Source: an uncultured Solirubrobacterales bacterium
Lineage (GTDB): Bacteria > Actinomycetota > Thermoleophilia > Solirubrobacterales > 70-9
NCBI GenBank assembly: GCA_963798165.1
Contig: CAWCSE010000003.1
Location: 178,014 to 242,013, forward strand
Reading direction: 5' to 3'
DNA: 64,000 nt
The position numbers were made by a program, and so were the translations under genes. Below the pieces are notes generated by a model, which ran no database searches, was not told where the DNA came from, and saw only the letters and a list, made by a program, of their open reading frames with translations. Every line of letters begins with the position of its first letter. The first letter of the stretch is position 1. This document shows positions 19,691-29,482 of the stretch, piece by piece.

Positions 19691-20632
19691 CTATTTGGGC
19701 TGGCGGGCGATGCCGATGCCGCCGAGCACCAACAGCAGACCGCCGACGCCGACGGCGAAGATGCCCGTCGATGCCGTTGCGTTGACGTCGGCGCCACTGC
19801 CGCCGGCAGCAGCCGCAAGGGCGCCGGCCGCCTTCGGGTCGACGCCCTCTATCCCGGCTGGGAGGACGACTTCCGGGGTCAGGTTGTCGAGGCCGGCCAG
19901 GCCCACGTAAGCGGCGATCCCGACGATCACGGCGCCGAGCAGGATCGGCAGCCACGTGCTCTTCGCCTTCAGGTAGTAGTAGGCGGCGACGACGGCGCCG
20001 AGGGCCGCCAGCGCGATCACGGCGATGCCGTAACCGGACGCGAACAAGGTGTTGTCAGCGATATCGACGGTGTCGATATCGCTGGTCGCCATCGGCAGGA
20101 ACGATCCGACGATCGCGACGACGGCGCCGAGCAGGCAGAGGACGAGGGGCAGCGAGCTGTCGGACCGCTTGGCCTCGGTCGCCGCCGCGGACGGGACCGC
20201 GGCGTGAGGCTGCGTGGCCGGATCGACCGCCTGGCTGGAGGGAACGGCCGCGCCCTCGGTCGAGGCGGCGGCCGGGACCGCTGCCACCGCACCTGCGCCT
20301 GCGGAGGGAACGGCCGCGGCGGGCTGCTCCTGCTGGGCGTATTGCTGCTCGGTGGGCTGCTCCTGCTGGGCGTGCTGCTGCTGCTCGGCGGGCTGCTCCT
20401 GCTGGGCGTACTGCTGCTGCGCGGCTGCCGGCTCCTGCGCGGCGGCGGGTTCGGCGGCGGCGGCCTGTGCCGGGCGCGTCTCGGCGCCCCAGGCGGCTCC
20501 GTCCCAGTACGCCTCCCAGCCGGGAGCGGTCGGGTGCGGATACCAGCCGGCCGCAACGGCGGGCTGCGCGGGTACGGCGGGCTGCTGCTGGGGGTCGGCG
20601 CCCCCTCCTGAAGTCGGCGGTCCCTGACTCAT
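19691..20632 (-). CDS. DUF2510-like membrane protein with Gln-rich tandem repeats
   Basis: Start at ATG 20632 (MSQGPPTSGG). GWYPHPTAPGWEAYWDGAAWG is the DUF2510 motif. QQYAQQEQPAEQ-type repeats are followed by 4 predicted TM helices. Confidence 0.6.
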   Translation of the reverse strand: MSQGPPTSGGGADPQQQPAVPAQPAVAAGWYPHPTAPGWEAYWDGAAWGAETRPAQAAAAEPAAAQEPAAAQQQYAQQEQPAEQQQHAQQEQPTEQQYAQQEQPAAAVPSAGAGAVAAVPAAASTEGAAVPSSQAVDPATQPHAAVPSAAATEAKRSDSSLPLVLCLLGAVVAIVGSFLPMATSDIDTVDIADNTLFASGYGIAVIALAALGAVVAAYYYLKAKSTWLPILLGAVIVGIAAYVGLAGLDNLTPEVVLPAGIEGVDPKAAGALAAAAGGSGADVNATASTGIFAVGVGGLLLVLGGIGIARQPK

Positions 20633-20852
20633 GCCCAGCAGAGTCGCATAAACCGGCCGAATCCGGAAGCGACGTTCTTGGACGCGACCGCCCTCTGGTT
20701 CAAGCCTTGCATCGCGTCCCCCGACCACCACTGACATGGCCCCCGAAAGTCGTCGACACCTCCTACATCACCGACGGCGACAGGTCCGGTCCGGGGTGGT
20801 CGGATTACATGCGGCCTTCGAAAGGGTTCAGGGCCCGGCACCCGAAGGGGCT

Positions 20853-21473
20853 CTAGAGGCCCGTCAGCGCCGCGAGGACTCCTGCCGCCACGGGGTCGTC
20901 GGGTGACCCGTCGCCCTGGGTCATCGCGAAGAAGGTGTCCATGTCAGTGGACAGCTCTCCGTCGGGATCCTCGACGGCACCGTGACGAACCTCGGCTCTG
21001 TGGCCATCGCTGCGGATCACAAAGCGGTCGCCGTCGATGTCGAAGTTGACGGCCCTCGTGCCGACGCGCTCGAACGATCCCGCCTCGGCGGCGGTGGCCA
21101 GGGTGCTCGCCAGCCAAGACGGCCTGGACATCCACCCCTGAGCATGTTGCTCTTCGGGCTCGACTAGGTCGAAGCCCCAGACCGAGAGCGCTTCCATGGT
21201 CGGCCTCAGGCCCTCGCCGCGCTCGGTCAGCGCGTAGGCGGCGACGGACGCGGGGGCGGGCAGCTGGACGTGCTCGACGAGGCCGGCCCCGGTCAGCGCC
21301 TTCAGCCGCGCGCTGAGCAGGTTGGCGCTGATGCCCGGAAGGGTGTCCTTGAGCGCGCCGAACCGCTTCGGGCCGAGCAGCAGCTCGCGGATCACGAGCA
21401 GCGTCCAGCGCTCGCCCAGGAGGTCGAGCGCCTGGGCGACGCCGCAGATCTGTTGGTAGCTGCGCTGCGCCAT
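20853..21473 (-). CDS. HxlR-family transcriptional regulator with C-terminal extension
   Basis: 206 aa. CGVAQALDLLGERWTLLVIRELLLGPKRFGALKDTLPGISANLLSARLKAL is a canonical HxlR winged helix. Confidence 0.85.
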   Translation of the reverse strand: MAQRSYQQICGVAQALDLLGERWTLLVIRELLLGPKRFGALKDTLPGISANLLSARLKALTGAGLVEHVQLPAPASVAAYALTERGEGLRPTMEALSVWGFDLVEPEEQHAQGWMSRPSWLASTLATAAEAGSFERVGTRAVNFDIDGDRFVIRSDGHRAEVRHGAVEDPDGELSTDMDTFFAMTQGDGSPDDPVAAGVLAALTGL

Positions 21474-21478
21474 CTGGT

Positions 21479-21492
21479 CACAGTCTACTGTG
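21479..21492. promoter_or_regulatory. candidate operator palindrome CACAG-TCTA-CTGTG in the HxlR/MFS divergent intergenic region
   Basis: Perfect 5-bp inverted repeat read directly, in a locally AT-rich 68-nt divergent promoter region, 6 nt from the regulator start. Confidence 0.3.
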
Positions 21493-21541
21493 CTACCTGA
21501 TATAAAACCATCCGCTATCTGTTTTTAAACTAACCGAGGAG

Positions 21542-23029
21542 ATGCCGAGCATGAAGAACCGATCCGTAGCGCTGGCAGTGCTCCTCCTCTGCGCGTTCGC
21601 CGTCACCGTCGATACGACCATCGTCAACGTGACGCTGCCGACCCTCTCCACGGTCCTCGGTGCCTCGACCCGAGAACTGCAGTGGATCGTCGACGCCTAC
21701 ACGCTCGTCTTCGCCGCCCTCGTCCTCGCCGCGGGCGGCCTGGGGGACCGCTTCGGCAGGCGGCGCATGCTGCTGATCGGCCTCGCGGTCTACTTCGCGG
21801 CGAACGGCGGCGCGGCACTTTCGGACTCCAGCGGCGCCCTGATCGCTTGGCGGGCGGTGATGGGACTCGGCGCGGCGATCATCTTCCCGGCCACGCTCTC
21901 GACGATCGTGCACCTGTTCAGCGAGCGGGGGCCGCGCGCCAAGGCGATCGGCCTCTGGGGCGCGACGACGGGGATCGCGGTGGCGCTCGGCCCGATCGTC
22001 GGCGGCGCGGTGCTCGAGTCGAGCGGCTGGCAGGCCGCCTTCTGGCTCAAGTTGCCGCTCGCCGCCCTGGCCTTCGCGCTGGTCATCGCGTTCGTGCCCG
22101 AGTCCGGCGACCCCTCTCGGCCGAGGATCGATCGAGCCGGCCTCGTCCTCTCCTCGCTGGCGGTGTTCGCCCTGGTCTTCACGATCATCGAGGCGCCCGA
22201 GTACGGCTGGCTTGCCGCCCGCTCGGTCGCCGGGTTCGCCGTCGCGGTGCTGGCGTTCGCCGCCTTCGTCGCCCAGGAGATCCGCACCGAGGCGCCCCTC
22301 CTCGACGTCCGGCTGTTCCGGAATCCGCGCTTCAGCGCCGCATCGGCGGCGATCACGTTCTCGTTCTTCGCGCTCTTCGGCTTCATTTTCCTGATCACCC
22401 AGTACTTCCAGGTACTGCGCGACTACGGGGCCCTGGAGACGGGCGTCCGGTTGCTGCCGGTGGCGATCTCGACCGGAGCCGCGGCGGTGGCGGGAACGAT
22501 CCTCGCCGTCCGGATCGGCAACAAGGCCGTGGTCGGATCGGGATTGGCCATCGCGGCCGTGATGTTCGCGTGGACCTCGCAGGTCGACGGCAGCACCTCC
22601 TACCTCGAGATCGCCGCCCAGATGGTCCTGCTCGGAACCGGCATGGGGTTCACCTCGGCGCCGGCCACCGAGTCGATCATGGGAGCCGTCCCCGAGGCCA
22701 ACGCCGGCGTCGGGTCGGGCGTCAACGACACGACCCGCGAGCTCGGCGGAACGCTCGGCGTCGCGGTGATCGGCTCGGTGTTCGCGTCCCTCTACGCTTC
22801 CGGCGTGGACCGGCTTCCCGACGGCGTACCCGCTGCGGCATCGGACTCGATCGGTGCCGCGTTCGCGATCGCCGACCAGATCGGCGGCGCGCCGGGTGGC
22901 GTGGTCAGAGACATCGCCAGCGCCGGCTTCTACGACGGACTGACGGCGGGCTGCCTGGTCGCCGCCGGCGTCTGCGCCGTCGGCTCGATCTTCGTCGCAA
23001 TCCTGCTGCCCTCCCGCCCGCGCGGATGA
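21542..23029 (+). CDS. MFS transporter, DHA2 (EmrB/QacA-like, 14-TM) drug:H+ antiporter family
   Basis: 495 aa. Motif GGLGDRFGRRRMLLIG and about 14 hydrophobic segments. Divergent from the HxlR regulator. Confidence 0.85.
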   Translation: MPSMKNRSVALAVLLLCAFAVTVDTTIVNVTLPTLSTVLGASTRELQWIVDAYTLVFAALVLAAGGLGDRFGRRRMLLIGLAVYFAANGGAALSDSSGALIAWRAVMGLGAAIIFPATLSTIVHLFSERGPRAKAIGLWGATTGIAVALGPIVGGAVLESSGWQAAFWLKLPLAALAFALVIAFVPESGDPSRPRIDRAGLVLSSLAVFALVFTIIEAPEYGWLAARSVAGFAVAVLAFAAFVAQEIRTEAPLLDVRLFRNPRFSAASAAITFSFFALFGFIFLITQYFQVLRDYGALETGVRLLPVAISTGAAAVAGTILAVRIGNKAVVGSGLAIAAVMFAWTSQVDGSTSYLEIAAQMVLLGTGMGFTSAPATESIMGAVPEANAGVGSGVNDTTRELGGTLGVAVIGSVFASLYASGVDRLPDGVPAAASDSIGAAFAIADQIGGAPGGVVRDIASAGFYDGLTAGCLVAAGVCAVGSIFVAILLPSRPRG

Positions 23030-23095
23030 GGTGCTCGGAGGAGCCCGCGCTGGCCGTCGCCGGGTGAGCGAGCACGCTGCCGGTAGGTTCCTCGC

Positions 23096-23893
23096 ATGGA
23101 CGGAAACTTCACGCCCTCGCACCGGGGAGGCGAGGGCACACCGATGGTCTGCCTGCACGGCTTCACCGACACGTGGCGAACCTGGGAGCTGGTGCTGCCG
23201 AGCCTCCAGGATCAGCACGACGTCCTCGCGCCGACGCTGACCGGCCACATGGGCGGCCCGCCGATCGAGGGCGAGATCAACGAGGAGATGCTCGCCGAGG
23301 GCGTCGAGCGGGCGATGGACGAGGCCGGATTCGAGACGGCCCACATCGTCGGCAACTCGCTCGGCGGCTACGTCGCCCTGCAGCTGGCGGCTCGCGGTCG
23401 CGCCGAGTCCGTCGTGGCGCTGGCCCCTGCCGGCGGCTGGGCCGATGGAGACGAGGCGTACAAGGACACGCTCGCCTTCTTCGTCTCGATGCAGGAGCAG
23501 TTGAAGGCCGCTCTCCCGCACGCCGAGGCGCTGCTCTCGACCCCCGAGGGCCGGCGGATGGCGACCGGATTCATCGTCACCAACTACGAGCACATCCCGA
23601 CCGAGCTGCTGCTCCACCAGTTCCGCGGCGCGGCGGAGTGCGAAGCCGCGGCGCCGCTCATCGAATACGCGCTCGAAAACGGCTGGAGCCTCGACGCCGA
23701 GCGGATCGACTGCCCGGTTCGGATCGTCTGGGGCACCGACGACAAGATCCTCGCCTGGCCGCGATCGGCGGCCCGTTACCGCAACGACCTGCTGCCCAAC
23801 GCCGACTGGATCGAGCTCGAGGGCATCGGCCACTGCCCGCAGCTCGACGTCCCGCTCGAGACGGCCCAGCTGATCCGCGACTTCACCCGCTGA
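23096..23893 (+). CDS. alpha/beta hydrolase fold protein
   Basis: 265 aa. VCLHGFTDT, nucleophile elbow GNSLGG, and C-terminal His in GIGHCPQLD. Confidence 0.75.
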   Translation: MDGNFTPSHRGGEGTPMVCLHGFTDTWRTWELVLPSLQDQHDVLAPTLTGHMGGPPIEGEINEEMLAEGVERAMDEAGFETAHIVGNSLGGYVALQLAARGRAESVVALAPAGGWADGDEAYKDTLAFFVSMQEQLKAALPHAEALLSTPEGRRMATGFIVTNYEHIPTELLLHQFRGAAECEAAAPLIEYALENGWSLDAERIDCPVRIVWGTDDKILAWPRSAARYRNDLLPNADWIELEGIGHCPQLDVPLETAQLIRDFTR

Positions 23894-23896
23894 CGC

Positions 23897-24742
23897 TCAG
23901 AGCGTCGCGAGCGGCACGCCGATGATGTCGAGCCGGCGGGTCAGCCCGCCGAGCGCGAACTCGCGGATGTCGTCGGTGCTGACGCCGAGCTTCTCGATGT
24001 CCGGCCCGCCCGCTTCGCCGGCGCCGCCGAGCGCCTCGGCGACCGACGGCAACAGATCGCGGAGCGTCTCCCTGACCGTGTCGGCGATGTCTGGATGCTC
24101 GCGCACGGTCTCGCGGAGGAACCAGACGCCGTAGCCGATGTGGCGGGTCTCGTCGTGGTGGATCTTCGAGTAGCCGTCGACGAACCCCGGCAGCAGATCC
24201 TCTCGCTCCATGTATTCGGTCGCGAACCGGAAGGTCGTCAGGCCGAGCGTGCTCTCGAGGATCAGGTGGTAGATGGTCACGAACCGGACCTTGGCGTCGA
24301 GATCGCCGGGCGCGGCGACCAGTCGCTCGTGCGCCTCGACGAGCTCCTCGTCGAAGATCTTCCGGAAGGCCGGTGAGATCTGCTCGCGGGCCCGCTCGAC
24401 GTGGGCCGCCACGGTCGCCGGGGAGGCGACGACCTCGTCCTGGAAGCGCGCGTAGAACTGCATGTGCCGCGCCTCGTCGACCTGCTGCGTCGACAGGAAC
24501 GTCGCCTCCTCCTCGGTCCCGTAGGCGCCGACGAGCCCCGAGAACTTCGTCGTGATCCGTTCCTCGGCGACCATCAACGAGGCGAGCACCCAGTAGACGA
24601 GGTCCCTGTCCTCCTGGGCCATCGCCGCCCACTGCTCCCGATCGGTGTCGAGATCGACCGCGAAGGGATTCCACTGCGAACCCTCCCAGCGCTCGTAGAG
24701 CGTCTGCGGGTCGTTGAGCTGAATCTCGTCGTCGTCGCTCAT
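23897..24742 (-). CDS. ribonucleotide reductase R2-like/ferritin-like di-iron carboxylate protein
   Basis: Starts at ATG 24742 ([11 protein letters not shown]) inside the 440-aa fused ORF. Two ExxH motifs ([16 protein letters not shown]) plus single Glu ligands (VAEERI, ILESTLG). Confidence 0.65.
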   Translation of the reverse strand: MSDDDEIQLNDPQTLYERWEGSQWNPFAVDLDTDREQWAAMAQEDRDLVYWVLASLMVAEERITTKFSGLVGAYGTEEEATFLSTQQVDEARHMQFYARFQDEVVASPATVAAHVERAREQISPAFRKIFDEELVEAHERLVAAPGDLDAKVRFVTIYHLILESTLGLTTFRFATEYMEREDLLPGFVDGYSKIHHDETRHIGYGVWFLRETVREHPDIADTVRETLRDLLPSVAEALGGAGEAGGPDIEKLGVSTDDIREFALGGLTRRLDIIGVPLATL

Positions 24743-25517
24743 CGAGGCAGGCTGGCCCGGACGATGGCCGAGGCGGCCTGATCGTGGACGCGATGGGTCT
24801 CCTCGATCTCGATGCTCCTCGAACCCGGCCGCGGCGAGATGCCGCTCGAACTCCTCGCGGGTCAGGGCGCCGGCGATGCAGCCGGTCCACTGCTTCATGT
24901 CGCGGCGGGTCGCCTCGTCCATGTCGGGGTCGGCGATCACGTCGGAGACGGCGAACCGGCCACCGGGGCGGAGCACGCGCGCCGCCTCACGGAGGACCTG
25001 CGGCTTGTCGCCGGAGAGGTTGATCACGCAGTTGGAGATGACGACGTCGACGGAGTCGTCGGGAAGCGGGATCGCCTCGATCTCGCCGCGCAGGAACTCG
25101 ACGTTGTCGACCCCGGCCTCGCGCTGGTTGGCGCGGGCGAGCTCGAGCATCTCGTCGGTCATGTCGAGCCCGTAGGCCTTGCCGGTCAGGCCCGACCCGC
25201 CGGGCGGACAGGAGGACATCGATGCCGCCGCCCGAGCCGAGGTCGAGGACGGTCTCCCCCGCCTCGAGCTTGGCGATCGCAGTCGGGTTGCCGCAGCCGA
25301 GCGAGGCGAGCTCGGCCGCCTCGGGAAGCGACTCCCGGTCGTCGCCGGAGTAGAGGCTGGAGCCGAACACGTCGCGCTGCTCGTCGGTGATCACGGCCGC
25401 CTCGCCGCCACAACATGACGAGTCGCGCGAGCCGGGATTGGTCGCCGCAGCCGCGTAGCGGTCGCGGACCGCCTGCTTGACGTCGACCTTGTCGTCGTCG
25501 GTATCTAGTTCAGCCAT
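24739..25517 (-). pseudogene. arsM: arsenite S-adenosylmethyltransferase, disrupted by two +1 frameshifts
   Basis: Frame 1 (25517 down): ...[38 protein letters not shown]. Frame 2: [21 protein letters not shown]...[23 protein letters not shown]. Frame 3: [24 protein letters not shown]-stop. The shifts lie near 25212 and 24815. The stop TGA overlaps the next ATG. Confidence 0.75.
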
Positions 25518-25858
25518 CCGGCCAGTTCCTCCAGCGCATCGGTTTTGACGTAGTAGTAGGCCCAGAGGCCTTGCCGCTCGGAGCCGACGATGCCGGCCTC
25601 GCGGAGCTTCTTCAGGTGGTGGGAGACGGTCGACTGGGAGAGGTCGAAGAGCGGGACCAGCTCGCAGACGCAGACCTTGCCGGCGTGCTTGCGCAGGACG
25701 TCGACGAGCTGCATGCGCACGGGATCGCCGAGCGCCTTGGCGACCTCGCCCATCCGCTCGGCCTGGGCACGCTCGATATCGGGATAGACGACCGGCTCAC
25801 AGCACGGCTCCCCGTTCGGGCTCTTCTGCTTCGGCGAGAGTTCCAGATCGACAGCCAT
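25505..25858 (-). CDS. arsR: ArsR/SmtB-family metalloregulator
   Basis: 117 aa from ATG 25858 (MAVDLELSPKQ). LGDPVRMQLVDVLRKHAGKVCVCELVPLFDLSQSTVSHHLKKLREAGIV, including the CVC metalloid site. Overlaps the arsM start by 13 nt. Confidence 0.85.
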   Translation of the reverse strand: MAVDLELSPKQKSPNGEPCCEPVVYPDIERAQAERMGEVAKALGDPVRMQLVDVLRKHAGKVCVCELVPLFDLSQSTVSHHLKKLREAGIVGSERQGLWAYYYVKTDALEELAGWLN

Positions 25859-25895
25859 CAATTTATGTATATCGATTGAAATGATGATTGTCAAT
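25858..25895. promoter_or_regulatory. candidate ArsR operator / divergent ars promoter (TCAAT-N12-ATTGA-N11-TCAAT)
   Basis: AT-rich 90-nt divergent intergenic region. Three TCAAT/ATTGA half-sites were read directly. GGTGGAGGA lies upstream of the GAPDH ATG. Confidence 0.35.
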
Positions 25896-25948
25896 GTAAT
25901 AGGATCCGCGACGTCCTGAAACACCACCGGGGCAGGTGGAGGAAACAA

Positions 25949-27013
25949 ATGCAGGCAGATACCGGGGAACGCGGGCCGCGAGCGGCCGGCGAGGGCGTCC
26001 GCGTGGGGATCAACGGATTCGGCCGGATGGGGCGACTCGCGCTCCGGGCCGGCTGGGGAAGTCCCGGCCTCCGCTTCGACGCCGTCAACGAGATCACGGG
26101 CGGCGCCGAGACCGGCGCCCACCTGCTCGAGTTCGATTCGGTCCACGGCCGCTGGGATCGCGAGATCGTCGCCGGCCCCGAGGCGATGTCGGTGGACGGC
26201 ACCCCGATCCCCTACACCCGGGAGAAGGGGATCGCCGAAGGCCCCTGGGCCGGCGTCGACGTGGTCCTCGAGTGCACCGGGAAGTTCCGGACGATGGAGT
26301 CGCTGCAGCCCTACTTCGACCAGGGCGTCCGGAAGGTCGTGGTCGCCGCCCCCGTCAAGGACGACGCGGCGCTCAACATCGTCATGGGCGTCAACGACGA
26401 CCTCTACGACCCGGCCGTCCACGACGTCGTCACCGCGGCCTCCTGCACCACCAACTGCCTGGCCCCCGTCGTCAAGATCGTGCACGAGGGGATCGGGATC
26501 CTGCGCGGGTCGATCACGACCCTGCACGACATGACGAACACGCAGACGGTCGTCGACGCCCCCCACAAGGACCTGCGGAGGGCCCGGGCCTCCTCGCTGT
26601 CGCTGATCCCGACCACGACCGGCTCGGCCACCGCGATCGGCCTGATCTTCCCGGAGCTGCAGGGCAAGCTCGACGGCCTCGCCGTCCGCGTGCCGCTGCT
26701 CAACGCGTCGCTGACCGACTGCGTCTTCGAGGTCGCGCGGCCGACGTCGGTCGAGGAGGTCAACGGCCTGCTCGAGACGGCCGCGTCCTCGCCCGAGCTG
26801 GCCGGGATCCTCGGCTACGAGGACCGGCCGCTGGTCTCGGTCGACTACCGCCACGACCCACGTTCGTCGATCGTCGACGCGCTCTCGACCATCGTCGTCG
26901 ACGGAACCCAGGTGAAGGTCCTCGCCTGGTACGACAACGAGTGGGGCTACGCCAACCGGCTGATCGAGCTTGCCGCCAAGGTGGGCGCCGGGCTCCGCGC
27001 GAACGATGACTGA
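25949..27013 (+). CDS. glyceraldehyde-3-phosphate dehydrogenase, ArsJ-coupled type
   Basis: 354 aa. [11 protein letters not shown], active site [18 protein letters not shown]. Its 3' end overlaps the start of the arsJ-like MFS gene by 8 nt, which is the known gapdh-arsJ arsenate resistance pair. Confidence 0.85.
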   Translation: MQADTGERGPRAAGEGVRVGINGFGRMGRLALRAGWGSPGLRFDAVNEITGGAETGAHLLEFDSVHGRWDREIVAGPEAMSVDGTPIPYTREKGIAEGPWAGVDVVLECTGKFRTMESLQPYFDQGVRKVVVAAPVKDDAALNIVMGVNDDLYDPAVHDVVTAASCTTNCLAPVVKIVHEGIGILRGSITTLHDMTNTQTVVDAPHKDLRRARASSLSLIPTTTGSATAIGLIFPELQGKLDGLAVRVPLLNASLTDCVFEVARPTSVEEVNGLLETAASSPELAGILGYEDRPLVSVDYRHDPRSSIVDALSTIVVDGTQVKVLAWYDNEWGYANRLIELAAKVGAGLRANDD

Positions 27014-28280
27014 GGCGGCGGCCAAGGCCGGCGGGGACCTCCGCAACTACGCGCTCGTCACCGGCGCCTACTGGACCGACACGCTTGCCGACGGGGCGAG
27101 CCGGATGCTCGTCCTCTTCTACTTCTACGAGCTCGGCTACTCGCCGTTTCAGGTCGCGATGCTCTTCCTCTTCTACGAGGTCTTCGGGATCATCACCAAC
27201 CTCGTCGGCGGTTGGCTGGCCGCGCGGCTCGGCCTCAAGGCAACCCTGTTCATGGGCCTGTCGGTGCAGATCGTCGCCCTCTCGATGCTCGGGCTCGCGC
27301 CCGACGCCTGGCTCGTCGTCCCCTACGTGATGGCCGCCCAGGCACTCTCGGGGATCGCCAAGGACCTGACGAAGATGAGCTCCAAGAGCGCCGTCAAGCT
27401 CGTCGTTCCCGAGGGTTCGGAATCGTCGCTCTACCGCTGGGTGGCGATCCTGACCGGCTCGAAGAACGCGCTCAAGGGCGTCGGCTTCTTCCTCGGCGGC
27501 CTGCTGCTCACCGTGGTCGGCTTCCAGACCTCGATGCTGATGCTGGCGGCGATGGTCCTGACCGCGCTGCTGACCACGGCGGCGCTGATGCACGGCGGGC
27601 TCGGCAAGACGGACGGCAAGGCCAAGTTCCGCCACATGTTCTCCAACGACCGCGCCGTCAACATGCTCGCGGCCGCTCGCGTCTTTCTGTTCGCCTCCCG
27701 CGACGTCTGGTTCGTCGTCGGCCTGCCCGTCTACCTGCGCAGCGTCCTCGGCTGGAGCTTCTGGGAGGTCGGCACCTTCCTGGCGGTGTGGGTGATCGGC
27801 TACGGGATCGTGCAGGCATCGGCGCCGCGGTTCGTGCGCCAGCGCGCCGAGGGCGGCGGCGCGGAGCCCGACGGTGCCACCGCCCGCTGGCTGGCCTTCG
27901 TGCTGGCCCTCTTCCCCATCGGCATCGCGGTCGCGCTGACCGCCGACTTCGACCCGACCACCGTCCTCGTGGTCGGCCTGATCGCCTTCGGCTTCGTCTT
28001 CGCCCTCAACTCGGCCGTCCACTCCTACCTGATCCTCTCCTACGCGAACGACGAGAAGGTCGCGATGAACGTCGGCTTCTATTACATGGCCAACGCCGGA
28101 GGACGCCTGATGGGGACCGTCCTCTCGGGCCTCCTCTACCAGTGGCAGGGGCTGACCGCCTGCCTCTGGGCCTCGGCCATATTCGTCCTCGCCGCCGCGG
28201 TCATCTCCTCGTTCCTGCCAGCCCGGCCGCGGGGAGCCGGCGACCGCGAGACCATCCGCCACTACGCTGAGCCGGCATGA
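27006..28280 (+). CDS. arsJ: organoarsenical efflux MFS transporter ArsJ
   Basis: Start at ATG 27006 ([18 protein letters not shown]). [33 protein letters not shown] is the ArsJ-type N-terminus. About 12 TM helices. Confidence 0.75.
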   Translation: MTEAAAKAGGDLRNYALVTGAYWTDTLADGASRMLVLFYFYELGYSPFQVAMLFLFYEVFGIITNLVGGWLAARLGLKATLFMGLSVQIVALSMLGLAPDAWLVVPYVMAAQALSGIAKDLTKMSSKSAVKLVVPEGSESSLYRWVAILTGSKNALKGVGFFLGGLLLTVVGFQTSMLMLAAMVLTALLTTAALMHGGLGKTDGKAKFRHMFSNDRAVNMLAAARVFLFASRDVWFVVGLPVYLRSVLGWSFWEVGTFLAVWVIGYGIVQASAPRFVRQRAEGGGAEPDGATARWLAFVLALFPIGIAVALTADFDPTTVLVVGLIAFGFVFALNSAVHSYLILSYANDEKVAMNVGFYYMANAGGRLMGTVLSGLLYQWQGLTACLWASAIFVLAAAVISSFLPARPRGAGDRETIRHYAEPA

Positions 28281-28648
28281 CCGGCAACGCGATCATCCGG
28301 CGGGACGACCGCGAGGCCTTCGTGACGAAGGACGGCTCCCTCGTCACCGAGTTGGTGCATCCGTCGTTCGCCTCCAACTCGGCGCAGAGCGTCGCCGAGG
28401 CGACCGTCCCGCCCGACGGCGAGACGATCGCCCACATCCACCGACGCTCCGAGGAGATCTACCTCTTCACCTCCGGCGCCGGCCGGATGACGCTCGGCGA
28501 GGAGACGTTCGACGTTGCGGCCGGCGATGCCGTTGCGATCCAGCCGGGCACGGCCCACAAGCTCACCAACGGCGGCTCCGACCCGCTCGTCCTGCTCTGC
28601 ATCAGCGCCCCGGCCTACTCGCACGAGGACACCGAGCTGCTCGAGTAG
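28277..28648 (+). CDS. cupin domain protein
   Basis: 123 aa. ETIAHIHRRSEEIYLFTSGAGRM...GDAVAIQPGTAHKLTN (cupin motifs 1 and 2). ATGA overlap with arsJ. Confidence 0.7.
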   Translation: MTGNAIIRRDDREAFVTKDGSLVTELVHPSFASNSAQSVAEATVPPDGETIAHIHRRSEEIYLFTSGAGRMTLGEETFDVAAGDAVAIQPGTAHKLTNGGSDPLVLLCISAPAYSHEDTELLE

Positions 28649-28655
28649 CGGCCGA

Positions 28656-29426
28656 TCAGCCCGGCACGGTGCCGCGTGCGAACCACGCCCGCGCCTCGAG
28701 CGAGAACGGCCCGCCGGGGAGCGCAGCTCGGCAGGCATCGCGGACGACGGCCCGCTCGTCCTCGCTCAGCGTTGCCAGCGCGGCCCCGGTTGAACCGACC
28801 CCCTGCGTGAACGGGATCCAGTAGTCGTCGAAACCCGTGTAGTCGGCGGAGATGGTCAGCGCGTCGTCGACGACGGACTCGAGGCCGGCACGCTCGAAGA
28901 GCTCGGCGATCTCACCGCGCCCGGTTCCGGCGGGCTGCTCCCCGCCCCCCAGGTCGGGATTCACATCGCGGACGGCCGTCCAGAAGATCTTCAGCATCGT
29001 CATCCCACCCCCGGCGAAGTCCCACATGCAGGAGGCGACCGTTCCCCCCGGCCTCGTGACCCGGGCCATCTCGCGCACGCCCGCGTCGGCGTCCTCCATG
29101 TAGGCAATGACCAGACACGACAGGACCGCGTCGAAATCGTCGTCCGGCCAGGGCAGCCGCTCGGCATCGCCCACGCGGACGTCGGCGCCGGGGTTGCGTC
29201 TCCGGCACTCCTCCACGAACTGCTCGGCCGGGTCGAGGGCGGCGACGTTGTCGGCACCGACCGTCGCCGCCAATGCGGTGGCCAGCCCTCCGGGGCCGCA
29301 GCCGACGTCGAGGGCCCGCATGCCGTCGGAAATGCCGGAGGCCTCGACGAGCGCCGGCGCCAGCCGGGCGGAGTAACGCCCGATGAAACGGTCGTAATGT
29401 CCGGTCGCGGCAGCGAAGAGGTTCAA
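28656..29426 (-). CDS. class I SAM-dependent methyltransferase
   Basis: 256 aa. SAM motif I ALDVGCGPGGL and motif FDAVLSCLVIAYM. Confidence 0.75.
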   Translation of the reverse strand: MNLFAAATGHYDRFIGRYSARLAPALVEASGISDGMRALDVGCGPGGLATALAATVGADNVAALDPAEQFVEECRRRNPGADVRVGDAERLPWPDDDFDAVLSCLVIAYMEDADAGVREMARVTRPGGTVASCMWDFAGGGMTMLKIFWTAVRDVNPDLGGGEQPAGTGRGEIAELFERAGLESVVDDALTISADYTGFDDYWIPFTQGVGSTGAALATLSEDERAVVRDACRAALPGGPFSLEARAWFARGTVPG

Positions 29427-29482
29427 GGCAAGGCAGGCTATCTCGCCTCACCCCAGGCGGGCCACGACGAGGCGACGCCGAA

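Noticed and set aside
23897-25219. The 440-aa ORF as a genuine methyltransferase/R2-like fusion protein.
   Set aside because: Its N-terminal part begins in the middle of the ArsM fold. The true ArsM C-terminus and stop lie in another frame. The R2-like part has its own ATG overlapping that stop. The long ORF is therefore read-through created by a frameshift.
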